From positions 1 through 53,303 of the forward strand of contig JARRRI010000002.1 in assembly GCA_037380845.1 (NCBI GenBank): a stretch of DNA of 53,303 nucleotides. Reading direction: 5' to 3'. Of this stretch, positions 48,524 through 53,303 are shown piece after piece. The number at the start of each line of letters is the position of its first letter. Within the stretch, counting starts at the first letter, position 1. This DNA comes from Candidatus Sulfobium sp. GTDB taxonomy: Bacteria; Nitrospirota; Thermodesulfovibrionia; Thermodesulfovibrionales; UBA6898. The position numbers were made by a program, and so were the translations under genes. A model generated the notes under the pieces. It made no database searches. It saw only the letters and a list, made by a program, of their open reading frames with translations, and was not told where the DNA came from.

Positions 48524-48780
48524 GATGCTCCGCCGTGCCCAGTAGGTGACTGGAACAACGGATAAAAATCCGCATGTTCGTCGGACGGTGCCTAGCAGCC
48601 TTATACAAGGCTATTCACTCCGTGTTACGCCGACTAACCGACACTGGTGCAATTTTGAGACACTGACACTTTCTGGTACAAATAAACGTTCCATGGCCTA
48701 AAGGCGTGTCGCGATGTACGTCCAGAAATTCTCGACCACCTTGCGTCAGTCAGGACTTGATGCTTCTATGCACTATTTCA

Positions 48781-49455
48781 TTACTTGGATCCATTGTCAC
48801 ATTGGCGGCAGCAACTGCACGACCTTCCCTCTGCTTTATCAAAAGCCTCGCGACCTTCCCTGAACGAGATGACGGCAATCCCGAGAGCGCCAAGAGAATC
48901 CATCAAGCCAATCCCCGTTACTTCATAGCCTACGCTCGCGACAAGCAATATTATGGAAAGATACAGACATGTCTTAGTACAAGCAGCATCGGCAAGGAGT
49001 GCCCGGGAGTTGAACCTTTTGCCGACCTTCACCTTGTAATGGATGAGTGCCCACATTGATAGGATTGAGATTACTGCTACGATAATTCCCCAGAAAGTCG
49101 TTCTTGGAGTATGCCCACTGTAAAGATTTACCATGGAGGTTATCGTCAGGCCGGCGGTCAGAAGGTAAAAAGAGGTCCCGGTAATCTTCAGGGCGGTTTT
49201 TTCAAAATTACCAGGATTTTCACTGCCATTTCGTCTCATGCGCCAGATCATATGCCATATGCCAATGCCTGAGACAACCTCGACAAAGGAATCCACACCA
49301 AAACCGAAAAGAGAGACAGTACCACCCTCGACGCCTAAGAAGACCGAGACCAGGCCCTCGATGATGTTATAGAAAACAGTAATCATGGCGAGGACTGTTG
49401 CCCATATATAAAATGAGGACTCCTCTTTATTCGAACGTAGTGGAAAAGTTTCCAT
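48781..49455 (-). CDS. Short CDF-family cation transporter
   Basis: YNIIEGLVS, SLFGFGVDSFVEV, ALLADA, EGREA; Cys-rich tail CSCCRQC. Confidence 0.85.
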   Translation of the reverse strand: METFPLRSNKEESSFYIWATVLAMITVFYNIIEGLVSVFLGVEGGTVSLFGFGVDSFVEVVSGIGIWHMIWRMRRNGSENPGNFEKTALKITGTSFYLLTAGLTITSMVNLYSGHTPRTTFWGIIVAVISILSMWALIHYKVKVGKRFNSRALLADAACTKTCLYLSIILLVASVGYEVTGIGLMDSLGALGIAVISFREGREAFDKAEGRSCSCCRQCDNGSK

Positions 49456-49522
49456 TTGTTATATTAACATCTCCTAATTCATTTACCTCCCGGATTGATA
49501 TTTAAGGAAACAATGTTTCAGT

Positions 49523-49675
49523 TCAATGCACCCTCGGACCATATTTCTTCTTCTCTTGGCATGTGGTCGAAGTGCAGCCGCAGCAGTGCCCCTTCTTCAT
49601 CCAGATGGAGCGATATAATAGATACAACGCCCCGGCCATGATCAGACCCATCCAAAGAAAATCGCTGAAACCCAT
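49523..49675 (-). CDS. FeoB-associated Cys-rich membrane protein (50 aa, not in the ORF track)
   Basis: Hand translation MGFSDFLWMGLIMAGALYLLYRSIWMKKGHCCGCTSTTCQEKKKYGPRVH; ATG 1 nt after the feoB stop. Confidence 0.8.
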   Translation of the reverse strand: MGFSDFLWMGLIMAGALYLLYRSIWMKKGHCCGCTSTTCQEKKKYGPRVH

Positions 49676-49676
49676 T

Positions 49677-51905
49677 TCAACCTCCTATTCCAAATAATTT
49701 CCCGCCCTGGTAAATGAGAAATGTCACACTCCAGGCCAGGGCCATCTGATACGTAAAGGCAATTCCGAACCACTTCCATGTGCCGAACTCCTGCCTCATC
49801 GCTATGGCAACGATCATACAGGGCATATAGAGAAGCACCAACACAATAAAGGCGTAAGCGCTCAACGGGGTGAAGGTTTTTCGGAGTACAGGCTTGAGAC
49901 TGCCGCTGTCCTCATGCTGCTGCGCTGAAAGGCTTGAAATACCGAAAGTCGAAAAGACATTCGATACCGACTCGCTACCTGCGGCCAGGAAGGATGCTCC
50001 TATCTCCTTAAGATCATCAGCCAGTGACGGCTGTTCATGCTTCTCTCCTTTTGCCTTATGAACATATATCTCCCCCATCGTTCCGACTACTATCTCCTTG
50101 GCGATCAAGCCCGAGACAAGCGACGATGCTGCTTCCCAGCTTCCAAACCCCAAAGGTTCAAGAACAGGGGCAATGACCTGACCCGTTTTTCCGAGGTAGG
50201 AGTCTTTCTTGTTCTGAACACCCCAGGGAAGGTTCAGCAGGAACCATACGAGTACGGATACCGCAAGGATATAAGTGCCGGCTTTGATCAGGAAATGCTT
50301 CCCCTTCTCCCATGTGTGTATCATGAGGCTCCTGAAGGAGGGCATCCTGTATGGAGGCAGTTCCATTATAAACATAGGCGATTCGCCTTTGAAGAGTGTT
50401 TTTTTGAATATAATGCCCATGAGCACCGCCAGGGCGATTCCCATTACATAGAGCGACCACAGGACTGTCCCCGCATGGGTAGCAAAAAAAGCCCCGATAA
50501 AGACCACATATACAGGGAGTCGCGCACCGCAGGACATCAGTGGTATGAGCAATGAGGTCAGGGCCTTGTCCCTTGGATTTTCAAGCACTCTCGTCGCATA
50601 CACCGCCGGCACATTGCATCCGAACCCCAGAAGCATCGGTATAAAGGACTTGCCGTGCAGCCCTATGGCATGCATCGCCCTGTCCATGACAAAGGCAGCC
50701 CTGGCCATGTAACCGCTGCCTTCGAGAAATGTGATGAAGAACATCATTGCGAAAATCACCGGTACGAATACAAGGACGAAGCCTACCCCTGCGATGATAC
50801 CATCCGTAATGAGCGATGCCGTCCAGGCGGGGGCATGAATGAATCCCATTATTGCAACGGCCCATCTCCTGAACGGTCCTGCCGTCATGGCGTCTATCCA
50901 GTCGGCAAATGGAGTCGATACGTCGAAGGTAAACTTGAACACCAGCCACATCGCCGCCAGGAAGATCGGGATGCCGAGGAACCGGTTCAGAACAACCTTG
51001 TCGATCTTCTCCGTCATCTCAATTTTTCTGATTTCGGGTTTCTTCATGACTGCGCGGGCAAGACCCGACGCCTGGGCATAACGCGCATCGGCCATAAGAG
51101 ACTCCATGTCCTCCTCATGGGCTTCACGCAGGTGTCTCAAGGTCTCGCCAGGAAGTCCGCTCTCATCGAGGCCGGTATCCTCTATGACGTGGGGGTCATT
51201 TTCCATAAGCTTAAGGACGAGCCAGCGCATGGGGTATGCGTTGGTGACAGAGGAATGTTCCTTCCGCAGATGATCTTCGATCACTCGGCAGGATTCTTCG
51301 ACGTCTTCGCCATAATAAAGCTGTTTCGGTAGCCCGGGCTTCCCTTCGGCGACAAAGACAGTCCGTTTCATGAGATCTTCAAGACCGATCTTCCTCGTGG
51401 CTACGGTGCGTACGACGGCGATGCCGAGCATTTCCTCCATAGCTCCGGTATCAATCCGGTATCCTTTCTTTTCAGCCTCGTCGAAGATGTTCAGTGCCAT
51501 GACGACCGGAATGCCAAGTTCCATCAGCTGCACGGTAAGATACAGGTTCCTTTCCAGATTTGTGGCATCTACAACGTTGATGATCACGTCCGGCTTTTTC
51601 CTCACGAGGTAGTCTCTCGCTATTATCTCTTCCTGGGTGTAAGGGCTGAGACTATACGTACCGGGCAGGTCCACAAGTCTTATCCGTTTTCCCCCGTATT
51701 CGAAGGCTGCATCTTTTTTCTCCACCGTTACGCCGGGCCAGTTTCCAACGTGGAGGCGGGTCCCCGCGATTGCGTTTATGAGTGTCGACTTTCCGGAATT
51801 CGGATTTCCCGCCACCGCAACGGTAATGGTTTCAAACTGTGCCTTTCGGATCTCGGGTTCGCGAAGGTCCGTTACCGACTCCACACCGCCGGTTGGCATG
51901 CTCAT
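49677..51905 (-). CDS. feoB: Ferrous iron transporter B
   Basis: GNPNSGKS, VGNWPGVTVE, DLPGTYSL, GFGCNVPA, MSCGARLP, MELPPY. Confidence 0.97.
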   Translation of the reverse strand: MSMPTGGVESVTDLREPEIRKAQFETITVAVAGNPNSGKSTLINAIAGTRLHVGNWPGVTVEKKDAAFEYGGKRIRLVDLPGTYSLSPYTQEEIIARDYLVRKKPDVIINVVDATNLERNLYLTVQLMELGIPVVMALNIFDEAEKKGYRIDTGAMEEMLGIAVVRTVATRKIGLEDLMKRTVFVAEGKPGLPKQLYYGEDVEESCRVIEDHLRKEHSSVTNAYPMRWLVLKLMENDPHVIEDTGLDESGLPGETLRHLREAHEEDMESLMADARYAQASGLARAVMKKPEIRKIEMTEKIDKVVLNRFLGIPIFLAAMWLVFKFTFDVSTPFADWIDAMTAGPFRRWAVAIMGFIHAPAWTASLITDGIIAGVGFVLVFVPVIFAMMFFITFLEGSGYMARAAFVMDRAMHAIGLHGKSFIPMLLGFGCNVPAVYATRVLENPRDKALTSLLIPLMSCGARLPVYVVFIGAFFATHAGTVLWSLYVMGIALAVLMGIIFKKTLFKGESPMFIMELPPYRMPSFRSLMIHTWEKGKHFLIKAGTYILAVSVLVWFLLNLPWGVQNKKDSYLGKTGQVIAPVLEPLGFGSWEAASSLVSGLIAKEIVVGTMGEIYVHKAKGEKHEQPSLADDLKEIGASFLAAGSESVSNVFSTFGISSLSAQQHEDSGSLKPVLRKTFTPLSAYAFIVLVLLYMPCMIVAIAMRQEFGTWKWFGIAFTYQMALAWSVTFLIYQGGKLFGIGG

Positions 51906-52129
51906 TTCATCACCTCCACGGAAATTCCTTCAGCCTCTTTTTTCCTGAGAGAGAGACTGTAGTTCTTTATTATCACCTCGACAGGATCGCCGAGAGGCGC
52001 CACCTTTTCCATTCTGACCTCCTCTCCGACAAGCACACCCATATCCATCAGCCTCCTTCTGAGGGGGCCTATAGCTCCGATTTTTGTAATCCTTGACTTT
52101 TCACCGGGCTTAAGCATGGAAAGATTCAT
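51902..52129 (-). CDS. feoA: Ferrous iron transport protein A
   Basis: RRLMDMG, APLGDP, LSLRK. Confidence 0.93.
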   Translation of the reverse strand: MNLSMLKPGEKSRITKIGAIGPLRRRLMDMGVLVGEEVRMEKVAPLGDPVEVIIKNYSLSLRKKEAEGISVEVMK

Positions 52130-52440
52130 CGTCCCTGCCTCCTTACCATAATCTTCATGGCCATGCCACGGCCTATGGCTATCCGCGACTCATCGACTTT
52201 TATCAGCATGGCCCCTTTACTTCCGTTATTCAGCATCTGGACAACCCTGCCTTGACGGAGCCCCATGTTCTCCATCCTGCAAGTCCAGTCACCTTCGCCG
52301 GAAATGCACCCCGTGGAGCAGCATGCAGAGTAGTGGACCTTGTTCCTGCTTCTCCTGACTTCAATCACTTCCGCCTTCTCCCCTGTGGTCAAGAGTCCAA
52401 GTGGCATCATTTCAGTCTCCCTTTTGTTCGAGTTATTCAT
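52126..52440 (-). CDS. feoA: FeoA family protein with Cys-rich insertion
   Basis: RMENMGLRQG, RIAIGRGMAMKIMV; insert HYSACCSTGC. Confidence 0.88.
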   Translation of the reverse strand: MNNSNKRETEMMPLGLLTTGEKAEVIEVRRSRNKVHYSACCSTGCISGEGDWTCRMENMGLRQGRVVQMLNNGSKGAMLIKVDESRIAIGRGMAMKIMVRRQGR

Positions 52441-52458
52441 TTGTCAGTACCTTTCATC

Positions 52459-53256
52459 CTAAAAATGGAACGTAACGCCTGCCAGGACCGTATGGTCAAC
52501 CTCTGGTCGTGTCAGGCCGTACTTGTAACCGGCATCGATGTCGATGTCGTCAGTTATGGAATAGACCACTCCGCCGAGTATAAATGCGGGATTACTATTA
52601 GAGTCTTTCTCCGTGTTTCTCTGAATGCCGGCATTCGCCACAAGTTTCAAACCTTTTACCACCTCCACTTCGGAGGCTGCGGAAGCATGCCAGATCGAGA
52701 CTCTCTGATCGATCTCGTTTTCATTTGCGATATAGCCGAGATTAAGGTGGAATGCCCAAGGTCCAGCCTCCCCAGTTGCGATAAAGAAGAGACTATAGGT
52801 CATCCTGCCCGTACCGAGTTCCTTATCCCTGTCGCCTGTGGACAAGGTCATACCCGGCCTCAGGGCGAGCTCCAGCCCGTTTTTTTCATAGAACCGCCAC
52901 TTTACCGTTATCGCCATGTCTCCAGGGCCGTTAAGGCCGGTTGTAGAGCTGGATTCACTTGTACTGGTCCACAGATAAGGCATGCCGATGCTCACATCCA
53001 CCGAGTCACTCATCCCGTATGTGAACGCCGACACGGCAGGCGTCGTATGCTGCACTGCCCCATTGTCCTCATCGGAGCCGTATTCAGCGTTTATCTCAAT
53101 CTGATACCTTCCTTTCCCCAGAGTACCCGCGTCATCGGTTATTAACGGATGCTGGGCTGAAGATACTCGTGCCGACCCTACGAGCAGGGCAGCCGACAGA
53201 CCAAGAATTCTCAATGCCTTCCTTCCTCTTCCCGCTTTCTTCTCACACCACTTCAC
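52459..53256 (-). CDS. Putative outer-membrane beta-barrel transporter
   Basis: Signal peptide, HPLITDDAGT, alternating beta strands, C-terminal Phe. Confidence 0.8.
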   Translation of the reverse strand: MKWCEKKAGRGRKALRILGLSAALLVGSARVSSAQHPLITDDAGTLGKGRYQIEINAEYGSDEDNGAVQHTTPAVSAFTYGMSDSVDVSIGMPYLWTSTSESSSTTGLNGPGDMAITVKWRFYEKNGLELALRPGMTLSTGDRDKELGTGRMTYSLFFIATGEAGPWAFHLNLGYIANENEIDQRVSIWHASAASEVEVVKGLKLVANAGIQRNTEKDSNSNPAFILGGVVYSITDDIDIDAGYKYGLTRPEVDHTVLAGVTFHF

Positions 53257-53278
53257 TCAGAAACCCCTTATACGATCA

Positions 53279-53293
53279 TGATATGCATTATCA
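53279..53293. promoter_or_regulatory. Fur-box-like operator upstream of the feo operon
   Basis: Minus strand TGATAATGCATATCA versus 7-1-7 consensus TGATAAT-N-ATTATCA (12/14). Confidence 0.7.
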
Positions 53294-53303
53294 TCACTGG
53301 ACC

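Noticed and set aside
49677..52440. feoAB as a magnetosome-island marker
   Set aside because: No mam/mad/man-like genes recognised in the window
1..53303. CRISPR arrays, rRNA, intact transposase/integrase genes, selenocysteine read-through
   Set aside because: No regularly spaced repeats, rRNA-like sequence, recombinase ORFs or truncated-looking TGA-interrupted proteins were seen

Overview
Bacterial chromosomal segment; gene content and order suggest Nitrospirota (Thermodesulfovibrionia-like) or a related anaerobic lineage (inference). The backbone is housekeeping: parvulin foldase, class A PBP, tkt, gatAB, bfr divergent from a two-gene minimal SUF (SmsCB-type) scaffold, a DedA/EEP/phospholipase D lipid cluster, an rnhA-U32-SPOR-murC-like operon, mglBA, the long yicC-remA-gmk-rpoZ-coaBC-TPR-roadblock-aroQ-pepP-efp-accBC-thiE operon, leuB, a phosphohexomutase, a sigma54-driven amtB, ilvA, an atypical SOD plus a DsrC-fold protein lacking the catalytic cysteines, a radical SAM/SPASM enzyme, and three tRNAs (Ser-GGA, Ser-GCT, Arg-ACG). 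Two tRNA-adjacent accessory regions stand out. After tRNA-Ser(GGA) there is a ~4 kb AT-richer island with a Cys-tailed ECF sigma and its predicted promoter, two PilZ genes, and a cupin gene bracketed by integron attC-like sites with no integrase nearby. After tRNA-Arg there is a feoAAB/CDF iron-uptake block with a Fur-like box. Both junctions share a 21-bp motif. Other highlights: coaBC appears to need a non-canonical CTG start, a near-complete Mgl-type polarity toolkit (MglA, MglB, MglC-like, TPR, pseudo-receiver-TM-SPOR, PilZ), and a nested MITE. All calls are by eye from sequence motifs; no searches were run.
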